From contig CM059446.1 in the NCBI GenBank assembly GCA_030390025.1, positions 44,082,001-44,146,000 of the forward strand: a stretch of DNA of 64,000 bases, read 5' to 3'. Positions 37,801 to 49,800 of this stretch are shown one piece after another. The first letter of the stretch is position 1. Each line of letters starts with the position of its first letter. The notes under the pieces were generated by a model that saw only the letters and a list, made by a program, of their open reading frames with translations, made no database searches and was not told the DNA's origin. The DNA is from Squalus acanthias (taxonomy: Eukaryota). A program made the translations under genes and the position numbers.

Positions 37801-40800
37801 AAGAGGTCAGTTTTATTTGTGGAACTTTAGATCTGGTAAATCCAGAGTTCACAATCAAAACAGGCACCATATGATTAATAAGACCTCTGACTGCTGCCAC
37901 ATAGTTCAGTTGGGAAATGCAATGCTTATAATGTGGAATTGAGTCATACAGACCAGGAATGTCCCAGGTTTTGACATCCAGTCTGTAGTGAGTTAGCTGA
38001 ACTCTTGTTAGGGCAACAGTGAAGGTGGGCGGTGGTGGGCGGGGGAGGAAGGAAAATCTTGCCAACACTGTCTAGAAAAACAAATTAAGAATGACCCATT
38101 AGGCAATGGTCTTCAGAGCGCATTCAGTGCCCATGCAAACATATCTCAAGCATGAGCAGCACTATTGATCGAGGCAGGGAGGGAATTCTAACCAATGAAA
38201 AGACACTTCTATAGACACCAATAATTTGAAACTTTGCTACCATGCAAGAAGCCACCTTTCAACTAGATTTGCAAAACTAAGATTTTAAAGTAAAGTGTAT
38301 GTTGTCCAAGTCAGCCTCCCCAATTTTTTTTTAAAAACATAAATTATAGCATTACTCAGAATGACTAAAGATAATGTACAATTAATTTTCTACAAATATT
38401 TCAAAACTGAACAGACTTGTTCATAGCAAAAAATGTTTTAACTAACAAATGTTACATTAAAACATGTGAAAAGTTCAAGTCTAAAAAAGAAACAAGTGTC
38501 TAAGGCCAATGACGACTTGAAATTCCAGGAACAAAACTGCAGAAAGGTATGCCAAAAACAAATATTAACATTTGAAATCCTGCCATAAATGCCAGGTTTA
38601 CTTTTGTAAGTTTAAATCTTGAGAAAATTACAAATAATCAGTGTAATTATATTAACCGTTAGAAAAATATTAAAAAAATATTCTTCACTATTAACTAAAC
38701 AAGTATAAGCCCTCCGCCATGGCTCAACAAGACTATCCAGTGAATAGCTGAGCCGTAGGGACGAGGAAGATGTGGAGTTAGCTGATTTCTGCCAGGGCAA
38801 CAGTAGTGGAAGGATCTGCCAAGGTTCCCATTCTTGATCACTATCCAATGAACCCTGCTGGAATTAAGTGTGTCTGACTGCTCATCAGGCTGAACCTACA
38901 TGAAGAACAACAGTGTCCAGTTCAACCCATAACAAATCTTCAAAGATTGCTTATTTCCACTTCCATAACATTACCTGGCTCTGTCCTTGCCTCACTGCCA
39001 CTAAAACCGCGATCCATGCTTTTGTATCTCCAGGCTTGACTTCCCAGCAATCTCCTCATTGGCCTCCTGAACGCCACCCAAAGGTAAACCACCACCACAC
39101 ACAGGCCTGCACACTAAGTAATGCTTAATCACCCTTATCGTCACGGACCTCTTCAGGCTCCCCATGCCCCAGGCTCCCCATGCCCCAACACGCTGAATTG
39201 AAAATCATAATGGTTGTTTACAAATGTGCCTATTGCTTTACCCCACCCTACTTCTGTAATGTCTAGTCACATGCCTCAGCCCACACCATGCAGTCTTTTG
39301 CCATTGGCCTGCTACACATCTCCCCTGTCCACCATCGGTAGTTGAGCCCATTTGGGCGAGATATAAAAAGGGTGAATACCACCCATGGAACTGTACTCCC
39401 AGCAAGAAGTCAACAGTCAGGAGAACAGAAGGAGAAAATTGGTGAAAAGGATAAACCCAAGCCAAATAAAAGTGCTTACCTCTTCAGGCAAAAGGACATC
39501 CAGTTCTTCAAGAACAAACTCTTCATTTTCTTCCTCTGCCTGAATAAATAACGTGAACCACAATTCAATCATATTTCAAACTGCTCAAAGCATTCATACT
39601 CAGATTAGGCAAGATTCTTTTTTAAATCTCCAAATAGAGATCCACTCTTACAAGCTTAGCAGCAATGAGCAAAATGGTACTAGATTGATACAATATGACC
39701 CATTCACACTATAACTCAAGGAGAAAGTTCCAAATACTTAACAGTTTGGATTTTATTGATGTTTTCCTTATCATCTGTGCAGCTATTCCGTTGTCCTTGT
39801 TCAAACAATTAACATTCAAAAATAAAATGAAAAGTCTTTGTTGTAGAGTAGCTGGTTGAATCTCAAAATGTCCTTTTGATTTTCCCATATGAGCAGCATA
39901 ACAAGTGGTAAGAATTCTAATCAACTATTTTAATACTGTAACTGAAGCAGAGTTATGAAATCCAACTCGTCAAAGGTAGTGTAAATATAAGTTCTCATTT
40001 TTTTTTTAATTCTTTGAGATTCTACTATACCGCTCAAAATTAAGGCTGTATAACTGATACCCAACAAGTGAAAGGTACCACATAACTGGTGGTCTTACTG
40101 TACTTTGAAATGCCTACAGATGAAGCTTTGAATATATGGAAACATGGCCTACATGGGAATATAGGAACTGAAGTAGGCTATCCAGCCCCTCGAGCCTGTT
40201 CTGCCATGACCCATCTTTTATTCCATATCCCTGGATTCCTTTACCTATCGAACTCGATCTTGAAAATTTCAACTGACCCAGCACCCCAGAGTCTTTTAGG
40301 GAACAGAGTTCCAGATTTCCACTATCCTTCATGCAGAAGAGTGCTTCACGATTTCAGTCCTAAATGGCCTAGCTTTGTGAAAATTATGTCCCTTTATTCT
40401 GGATTCCCCCAACAGAGGAACTAGCTTCTCTGTATCTACTCTATCAAATCCTTTTATAATTTTAAACACCTTGATGAGATCACCCCTCAATCTTCTAACT
40501 CAAGGGAATACAAACCAAGTTGATGCAACCTGTCCTCATAATTTAACCCGTGGTATAATTCTGGTGAATCTGCACTATACCACCTCCAAGTACAATGGCC
40601 CAGAAATTGATCTCGCTCTGTTCCCGCGGGGGTAAGTCTTCCCCGCGATGTCTCACCTCGCTTATGCTTTTTCTGATCCAGCTCGCACGAACTTGATGTT
40701 CCAGACATCAGCTGTGCTGGGCTTGCGTATCCCAGCGGCGTAGTGAATTCGTGCGAGCTGTGGGATCACGTGACTCAGTTAGAGCCAATGGCAGCACACC

Positions 40801-43800
40801 ATCTTCCATTCGTAAGTCTCACAGCATGGCTGTGAGACTTATGAATCTTACACCCCCCCAAAATAACAGCTAAACCTCAATTAAATTTAAAAAAAAAAAC
40901 ATCACATTAATAAAATAAGTATAGTTAATTAAATTAACCATTTTAAATAAAAAATTAAATTTTTGAAAAAATTTAAAATCTTTTAAAAAGTTATAAAAAT
41001 AAACTTACCTGTCTTTAAAGTCTATAAAAAAGATATACCTGTAAAAAAAAATTCAAAAAAATACTTAATTCACTACTTACCTTCTTAAAAGCGGGTCTTA
41101 CTCCTCCTTTTTACATTTCCAAAATCTTCAGTACTTACCTGCGCGTCCAAAGCATGAAGTGCACAGCGTGCGCGCAGCCTGTAGCGCGCACGCGATGCAC
41201 CCAGGCCCCGCCCCCTTTTCGGAAGAGCAATTGCCGGTTTTCAGCGCATGCGCAGGGCATGCAGAAAACCGGCAATTGGAGTGGGAATACGCGAGAGTAT
41301 GCAGTGCGTACTCTCGCGTCCCGGGATCAATTTTCGGCCCAATATATCTTCTCAAGGCTCAGTGCCCAAAACTGATGCAGGACTTGAGATGGGGTCTGAC
41401 CAAGGCTCTATACACCTCAAGCATCACTTCCTCACTTTTATATTCCAACTCCCTTGAGATAAAGGCCAACATTCCATTAGCCTTTTTGTTTACTTTTCGT
41501 ACCTGTGCGCTAGCTTTCAGTAATTTGTATACATGGACACCTAAATCCCTTTGCTCCTCCGCAGCTCCTAGTCTCTCACCATTAAGAAAATATTCCAACT
41601 TGTCTTTGTCGGATCCAAAGTGGATGACCTCATTACTATGCCTCCGAAGTGTCATCTGCAAACTAGATTACTGAACCATACTCCTGAAATCACTGAGAAA
41701 TTGCTACAATTGCTGTTTACTATTCTCCCTCTGCAACTGTGTGCTCTCATCTGATTCGCACTCGGGATTGATTCTGTCCTTCAAATTAATTTGAAGCTTC
41801 GTGTGAAGTCAGAGAGGCACTCAGCTGACATCAGCTCAGGCTGTCAGCAAGTACCTGCACTGACACAAAGGGGATACAACTACAAACTGTAAATCATTAC
41901 ATGTAACTGCAATTCCAGAGACACGTTAGGCTGGAGGTTATTGAAAATAAAAGAATCTATTATCTGTAGGTATGGCAGTCACTAAGCCAACTTGCATCAT
42001 GCAGCCTTGGTCTATGCAGCCTAGCTTCCATACTCTGTATGTAATTACTGTATGGTTTACTATGTATTCATGCATCAGACACTGAATGAGTCTAAAAATC
42101 ACTTAAAAAATTAAAAAGGCCAGAGACCTCAATTTCTTGAAGACCCAATGAGAAAAAAAAAACCTTGTATGAAAGAAACTATTGGAGTGATATTTCAAAA
42201 TTAGAAGGTGAAAGAACACTTCTTTGTATATTCAATACTGTAAGAAACCCATTCACATGCATTTACTTGGACATGACTGATGATTTTAGTGATTAGTACA
42301 TGCGTGTGGACAAGTAAAACCAATGTACTGGAACAAACCCTACAGCATATGGCTGAACAGGGCCTATACCTTTCACAGACTGTTGTTTCCAAAACACAAA
42401 TCCTGTTCTATTCTGGAATTGTTGCATGACTATCAATTGCTGAAATGCTTTTGGCTGTTTTATGAATGCCAGCTACTTCTGTACCTGGTCTTCTGGTTCA
42501 CCGTCATCCAGAGTTTTAGCACCAGGTTCATCTGCACTCGCAGACAACTGTCTACTGACTGAATCACCACTTTTATCCATTTCCTTAGTTTCGCTGATCT
42601 TTTGCTCCTCTATTCCATCTTGATCACTTGTGTCCTGAGAATCACTCTGGATTGCATCTATATCAGCTTCCATCTGTTACAAGACATTCATTTATACTTC
42701 TCAATATCATACAAAATTTAAGTTGGTCTACGCACAATTAGCATATAATGCACATGCATCAATCACATGCCTGTACACAGTTTCAGTCTCTTGCTCTTAA
42801 TAGGAACAGGAGTAGGCCATTCAGCCCCTCAAGCCTGCTCCGCTATTCAATTAGATCATGGCTGATCTGCACCACAATTCCATTTAGCTGCTTTGGCTCC
42901 ATATCCCTTGATACCCCTACCTATCAAAAATCTATCCAGCTCAGTCTTGAAAGCTCCAGTTGTCCTAGCATCCAGCCTTTTGGGAGAAGGCGTTCCCTAT
43001 TTCTACTACCCTTGTTTGAAAAAGTGGTTCCTTATTTTGCCCCCAATAGCCTAGCTCTAATTTTAATATTTTATCCCCCTTGTTCTGGATTCACTGCCAG
43101 AAGAAATAGTTTCTCTGCATCTACCCTATCAAATCCTTTTAACATTTTAAACACCTCAATCAGATCACACTTCAATCTTCTATACTCAAGGGAATCAATA
43201 TCTCCCCTTTGTATTCCAGCCACCGAGATAGAGGCCAATGTTCCATTAATCTATTTGATTGTTTCTGTAGCTGTCTACTAGCTTTTAATGATTTGTGTAC
43301 TTAGACTCCCAAATCTCTTTGCCCCTCTACAGTTCCTAGTTTCTCACCATTTAGAAAATACTTTGATTTATCTTTCTTGGGTTCAATGTGGATGATCTGA
43401 CACTTGCCTTCACTGAACTCCATTTGCCATAGTTTTGCCCACTCACTTAATCGGTCTATGTCCTTCTGCAACTTCCTGTCCCTTCCAACTGAGTGTCATC
43501 TGCAAATTTGGATATACAGCTATTTCTTCATCCAAATCATTACTAAATATGGTGAAATGTTGAGACCCCAGAACAGGACCCTGGGGAACACCACTGGTCA
43601 CATCCTGCCAATCAGAGTACCAACCCTTTATCACCACTCCTCGTTTTCTACCTCCCAACGAATTTCCAGCCCAAGTCAAAAGGCTACCTCCAATTCCGTG
43701 CGCTCTCGTTTTTTGCTGATGATCTCGTGTGGAGCCTTATCAAATGCCTTCAGGAAGTCCATATAAATAACATCCATAGATACTCCAGTAGCCAGACATA

Positions 43801-46800
43801 ACTTACCCTTAATAAAGCCATGTTGGCTCTCTCTGATCAGCTCATATTTGTTCAAGTGCTCAGCCACTCTATCCCTAATGACAGATTCTAGTAGTTTCTC
43901 CACAACTGATGTTAAACTGACAGGCCTGTAGTTACCTGGTTTCTCTCCCACCCTTCTTAAATAATGGAGTGCCATTAGCAAATTCCCAATCTAGCAGCAC
44001 AATTTCCAAATCAAAAGAGCTTTGAAAGATGATGTTTTACCAAGACAAATTTAGTTTGAGAGAACTGTTTCCCTTAAAAGTTGGAAGGCTTTTACTGTCT
44101 AGGTCAGCAATACAACGCCAGGTACCAACTATTAAATTTGAAGTCTGGTTTTATTAAGCAGCACAAGAAGTCCCATTTCAACTCTTTACAGCTAACAAGC
44201 ATATTAACTGGATTTAAACATTTTAAAACGTGATTTTAACATACAATTATAAATCTGTATTCATTACAATATTAAAGTCAACATAATTATTAAATGGTTA
44301 TAAATACAAGGTTGGGGGAGGGGCGGGATGGAAAAAAAAAAATCAGCTTTTAAAAAGGGGGAATATTTGACTTTTATTAAGCGATTAATTCTTGTTTTCT
44401 CTTCAACCAGAAGCATTGTTTGTGCCACGACCATCTCTATGGTCGCCATCAATACTCCAGTGATATAAGCCGGATCTTAAGCATGTTCTTTCATCCTGCC
44501 TCCCCGAAAAACTCCCAAGTACATGTGCTCCACAATGCAATACCAAGCAAGAGCTTAGAAATGGTTGCGAGAGACGAAGTTTAAATACAGACAATTCGAG
44601 GGTTTGCATTTACAACCATCTGGCTTCACCACACGAAGACATCCTGCCATTCACTTCATCTATCTCATGATTTGAATGCATCACAAAGTGTCAAAAGTAT
44701 TTAAAAAGAGAGAAAGAAAGGCAATGATTTCATGTCTTGTGTTTTTTTTTTAAAAACTTTGCCTGGAAATTTGTAAATAGCTTCCAATCTGCAAACTTCC
44801 GTCACCAAAAAGCAATTAACTCTGATTGGAGTACATAAACGCCGCTTAGTCAATTAAACTTTGTGAATTTCAAGACACAGCTGAAACACAGCTCCATCTG
44901 AACTGTGTATTGCAGGGTATAAACATCCTGGCTAACAGTATGTAATCTAACTTACCATAAACAACATCATGGGAAATTTGCCAAGCCTTTTTTTTTAAAT
45001 AAAAACTGTCGCACACCTGATTGAGCTATGGGGTAAAGATATAGTACTAAGCCATACTAGTCTGTGGTGAGCTAATTGCTGTCAGCCAGGGCAGTAGCTG
45101 GGCGTTATTATTCACGTCAGGGCCTGGGAAAGGGGGTGCTGTGAAGAATCTGCCAGGGTTCCCAATTCTGCTCCAGTAACCCCTTGCAGTAAAGTGCACA
45201 TATATGGATGTTGGACAAAGCAGAATTGGTTTCAGCCCTCCATGTTAAATAGCACCAAGAATCACTAGGTGCCTCACACATGAAAGATGGCAGGACAAGT
45301 TGATAAGGCTGTTAAAAATACAGGATCCTTGGCTTTAATAATAGAGACAGTGCAAAAGCAAGGACGTTATGCTAAACCTTTATAAAATCACTGGTTAGGC
45401 CTCAGCTGGAGTATTGTGTCCAATTCTGGGCACCACACTTCAGGAAGGACGTCAAGGCCTTGGAGAGGGCGCAGAAGAGATTTACTAGAATAGTACCAGG
45501 GATGAGGGACTTGAGTTATGTGGAGAGGTTAGAGAAACTGGGACTGTTCTCCATAGAGCAGAGAAGGTTGAGGGGAGATTTAATAAACGGTGTTCAAAAT
45601 TATGAAGGGTTTTTAAAGAGTAGATAGGGAGAAATTGTTTCCACTGGCAGGAGAGTCCATGACCAGAGATTTAAGATATTTGGCAACAGAACCAGAGGGA
45701 TATGAGGAGAATTATGTATGCAGCAAGTTATGATGATTTGGAATGCACTGTCTGATAGAGTGGCAGAAGCAGATGCAATAGTAACATTCAAAAGGGAATT
45801 GAACATATACTGAAAAAGGTAAAATTTTCAGGGCTGTGTGGAAAGAGCAGGAATGGAATGGGACTAATTGGATAGCTCTTTCAAAGAGCCAGCACAGGCA
45901 CGCTGGACTGAATGGCCTCTTTCTATGCTGTACGCTATGAAGAATGGCCACTTGAGTAAAATATTGGAGACTTCTAGTGCCTGTGGAACTGTAGTTTAAT
46001 AAGAGTCAATACCTTCAGAACAGGAAAGGAGAAATAGAAAGAAATTTGAATAAAAGTGTCACAGGGTTCTCAAATGCTTATTTTGAGAACCTATAAGGTA
46101 TTGTATACCCCAGTAACATTGTGTGCGTCAGCTGTGGCTCAGTGGGCAGCGCACTCGCCTGAGTCAGAAGGTTGTGGGTTCAAGTCCCACTCCAGGGACT
46201 TGAGCACATAAAAAAAGCTAGGCTGACACTCCAGTGCAGTGCTGAGGGAGTGCTGCACTGTCAGAGGTGCCGTCTTTCGGATGAGACGTTAAACTAAGGA
46301 CCCGTCTGCTCTCTCAGGTGGACGTAAAAGATCCCATGGCACTATTTCGAAGAAGAGTAGGAGATTCATCCCTGGTGCCCTGGCCAATATTTATCCCTCA
46401 ACCAACGTAACAAAAACAGATTATCTGGTCATTATCCCATTGCTGTTTGTGGGTCTTTGCTGTGCGCAAATTGGCTGCCACATTTCCTACATTACAAGAG
46501 TGACTCCACTTCAAAAGTGCTTCATTGGCTGGTTGGGAAATGCGCTATATAAATGCAAGTTTTTCTTTCTTTATGCATAGTAAATTTACATGCATTTTAA
46601 CTGTGAAATTAACTTAGTACTATATATCCTTCATCACAAATTCAGCATACCCTCAGATTCTACATTACATGGCATCTTGAAACACATCACAAATGGAAAG
46701 ATTTTTTTTTTTTTTTTTTTTAAACTGGGTTTAACCGGGCACCTGGAAGCCCCCAATTCTTATTGCTTTTCATTGTCCTGCTTTATCATCACATAAAGAC

Positions 46801-49800
46801 AGTGAATTTTGTATTTACCTTGCAATTACCATCCTCTTCTGTGCTGACATCACCACCAGCTTCATCAGTATCCTGCTTTTTCCCTTAAAATAAAACAGGA
46901 GTTTAACCTATGTATGCAGCTGAACAGATCACTGCAGGTCCCTCTCTCAAGTTATCCTTCAGAGTAAAAAAAAAATCTACTTGCAACTTTCAAACTAAAG
47001 ATTCTAGCAAAAAAAGTCAGTTCTCTACATTCTCAGTTACTGATTACTCCAAAGCAATTACGAAACTCAATAGTTTTTAGTTCAAGAATATACTCGTAAG
47101 TTTCTTGAATAGTAACAGAGTATTTCAGAGAAAGTTTACTAAGCTTTGTGATTTTTTTTTAAAAAGCCAGGAGTGGAGGTAAATGATTCATTCACACAAA
47201 AAAATTTAAACATTTCACACAATAAAACGACCTATTCTGGAATATCAGAAGATCACGGAGTCAGGAGTTTCACGCATCGTCAGGCAAAGCCAATGTTTTG
47301 CATTGTTAACCAACACCCCTTCCCTTCCAAATAGGGAAACAAACTATTTGTCAGAGTCTTGCCTCTGATAAAGATACATTATAGGGAAAGAACAAAGTTA
47401 TTTGAAGCAATTACCAAGTGAGAGGAAGTCTTTAGAAGATCAGTCACATTAGCACTGCACAGCTGGTTTGGTGCCAAACAAATAAATTCTGATTCCACAA
47501 AATAAAGAGCTATGCTGTGAAACATTGTGTTTGCATTCAGGGCTAAAGAGAGAGCAAATGGGAGAACACAGTACTGGTAACACAGCCCACCTAATGAGAA
47601 GCTGTTGCTTTCTGGAATTGAGATGGAGAAGAACACATCTTTCAAGTTCACTGAGCACAACCAATTTGTAAACAAACATTAGTTGGTTTGGCCACTTCTT
47701 AAAACGTCAATAGATTTAATCTACAGAACAATGTTCGATTATGCATGTCTCTTCACAGCACCAACTGGGCAAAGCCCCTGTTCAACGGGAAAACACTTGG
47801 ACATTTTCAGCGATGTAGTAGCATTTCTGTGTCAAGATGAAATCACAGCAGTGCATTTATAGTTTTACTTAAGCAAACCATAAATAGAAAACCGTATAAT
47901 GCAGTTACATTATCGTGCAATTTCAAGCATTGTACAAATGCCACATTCAGCAGAAACACAAAGTTTCTACTTGGAATATAGTTCTGGTCACTCAGATCAT
48001 TTAAGTAAAAAAAACATTAGGCACTATGATGGAAGAGTTAAATGTACAGTCAAGATAAGCTTTGATTGCCAAATGGCATTTTCTCATCCTTGAATTGCAT
48101 TATAGGTCAGATTAGCTTGATGATGTGACTTGTACAAAGCAGTGAAATTTTCATCAATTTGAAAGTCATTTTGCAGAGATCTTGGAGGCTGCTGCAGCCC
48201 AAGCAGGGAGGAAAGTGATCAGGGGAAGCAAGAGCTGATTGTTCTGGTGAACAAAGAAAAAAAACCTAAGATTCAAGAGGCTTTACTCACAAATGGAAGG
48301 AAACTGTGGGGGACCAAAGATTATACTTTGGTGCAATTGGGAGGGTGAAGGAAAAGAATTGGATTGTCCTAGGAAATAAAATGTGAAATGGAAAGTACAT
48401 GAATCCAATGCAAATAGTAGCTCCTTGCACAAGTGTTCACTTGTTGTTAATCAGACTTGTACAAAAATGTTTGGACTGCAAGTAATCCCACAGAAAAAAA
48501 AAAATCTACATATACATTTGATGCTATCCTAACTTCACAGACCACAGTATCAAAATATTTACAGCACAATATGTAAACATAGGAATTGCTAGATGAAAAA
48601 AGATCATGGTCCATACTGGTAGTCGCATGATACAACAATAATGGAGTTGCTGACTAATCATATCAATGAATCTCTATTAATTAGTCTACAGCAGACCCAG
48701 ACATGACTGCGAGGAAAATCCCATTGGTGGACAGTTTCCAAGGCCCCCATCATCACAGATGGCAGTTTTCAGCCAATTCGATTCACTCCACGTGACACCA
48801 GGAAACTGGACACAGCAAAGGCTATAAATATAAACCCCGACAACATCCCAGATGTAGCACTGAAGACCTGTACTCCAGAACTAGCTGATCTCCTAGCGAA
48901 GCTGTTCTAGTACAAGTACAACACTGGCATCCACCAATGTGAAAAATTCCCCAAGTGTGTGCAGTGCATAAAAAGCAGGACAAATCCTACCTGGCCAATT
49001 ATCGTTCAATCCAAATACTCCCAATCAGTAAAGTGATGGAGGGAGTCATTAACAGCGCTATCGAGCAGCACTTACTCACCAATAACATCCTCACTGATGT
49101 CCAGTTTGATTTCTGCCAGCACGACTCAGCTCTAGACCTCATTACAGACTTAGTCCAAACACAGGACACAAGAGCTGAATTCCAGAGGTGAGACGAAAGT
49201 GACTGCCCTGGACATCAAGACAGCATTCAAATCGAGTAGGACACCAAGGAGCCCTAGTAAAACTGAAATTCAATGGGGATCACGAGAAAAACACTCAGTG
49301 ACTGGAGTCATATCAAGCACAAGAAGGTGGTTGTGGTTGTTGAAGGGCAAACAGATCAGCCCCAGGATCTTACTGCAAGTATTCTTCACGGCAGTGTCCT
49401 AGGCCCAACCATCTTCAGCTGCTTCATCAATGACCTTCCCTCCATCATAAGGCCAGAAGTGGGGCTGTTTGCTGATGATCGCAATTCCTCCGACAATTTA
49501 AAGTAATCTATTCCCGCAAGCTGCAGGACCTGGATAACATGCAAGCTTGGGCTGATAGGTGGCAAGTAACATTTGCGCCACACATTGCCAGGCAATGACC
49601 ATCTCCAGCGAGAGGTTAACCACCTCCCCATGACATTTTGCTGAGTGCCCCACCATTAACATCCCGGGGGGGTCATCATTGACTAGCCACAAATGTCATG
49701 GCTACTACAGCAGGTCAGAGGCTCAGTATTCTGGGCTGAGTGGCTCACCTCTTGACTCACCAAAGCCTCTCCGCCTCCTACAAGGCATATGCCAAGAGCT

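Noticed and set aside
41159-41674. 171-aa + strand ORF
   Set aside because: Spans the MITE arm and the antisense strand of a CR1 fragment; no independent coding signal.
46130-46200. tRNA-like A and B boxes
   Set aside because: Head of a SINE; no complete cloverleaf, and it continues into the Deu-like core and LINE tail.
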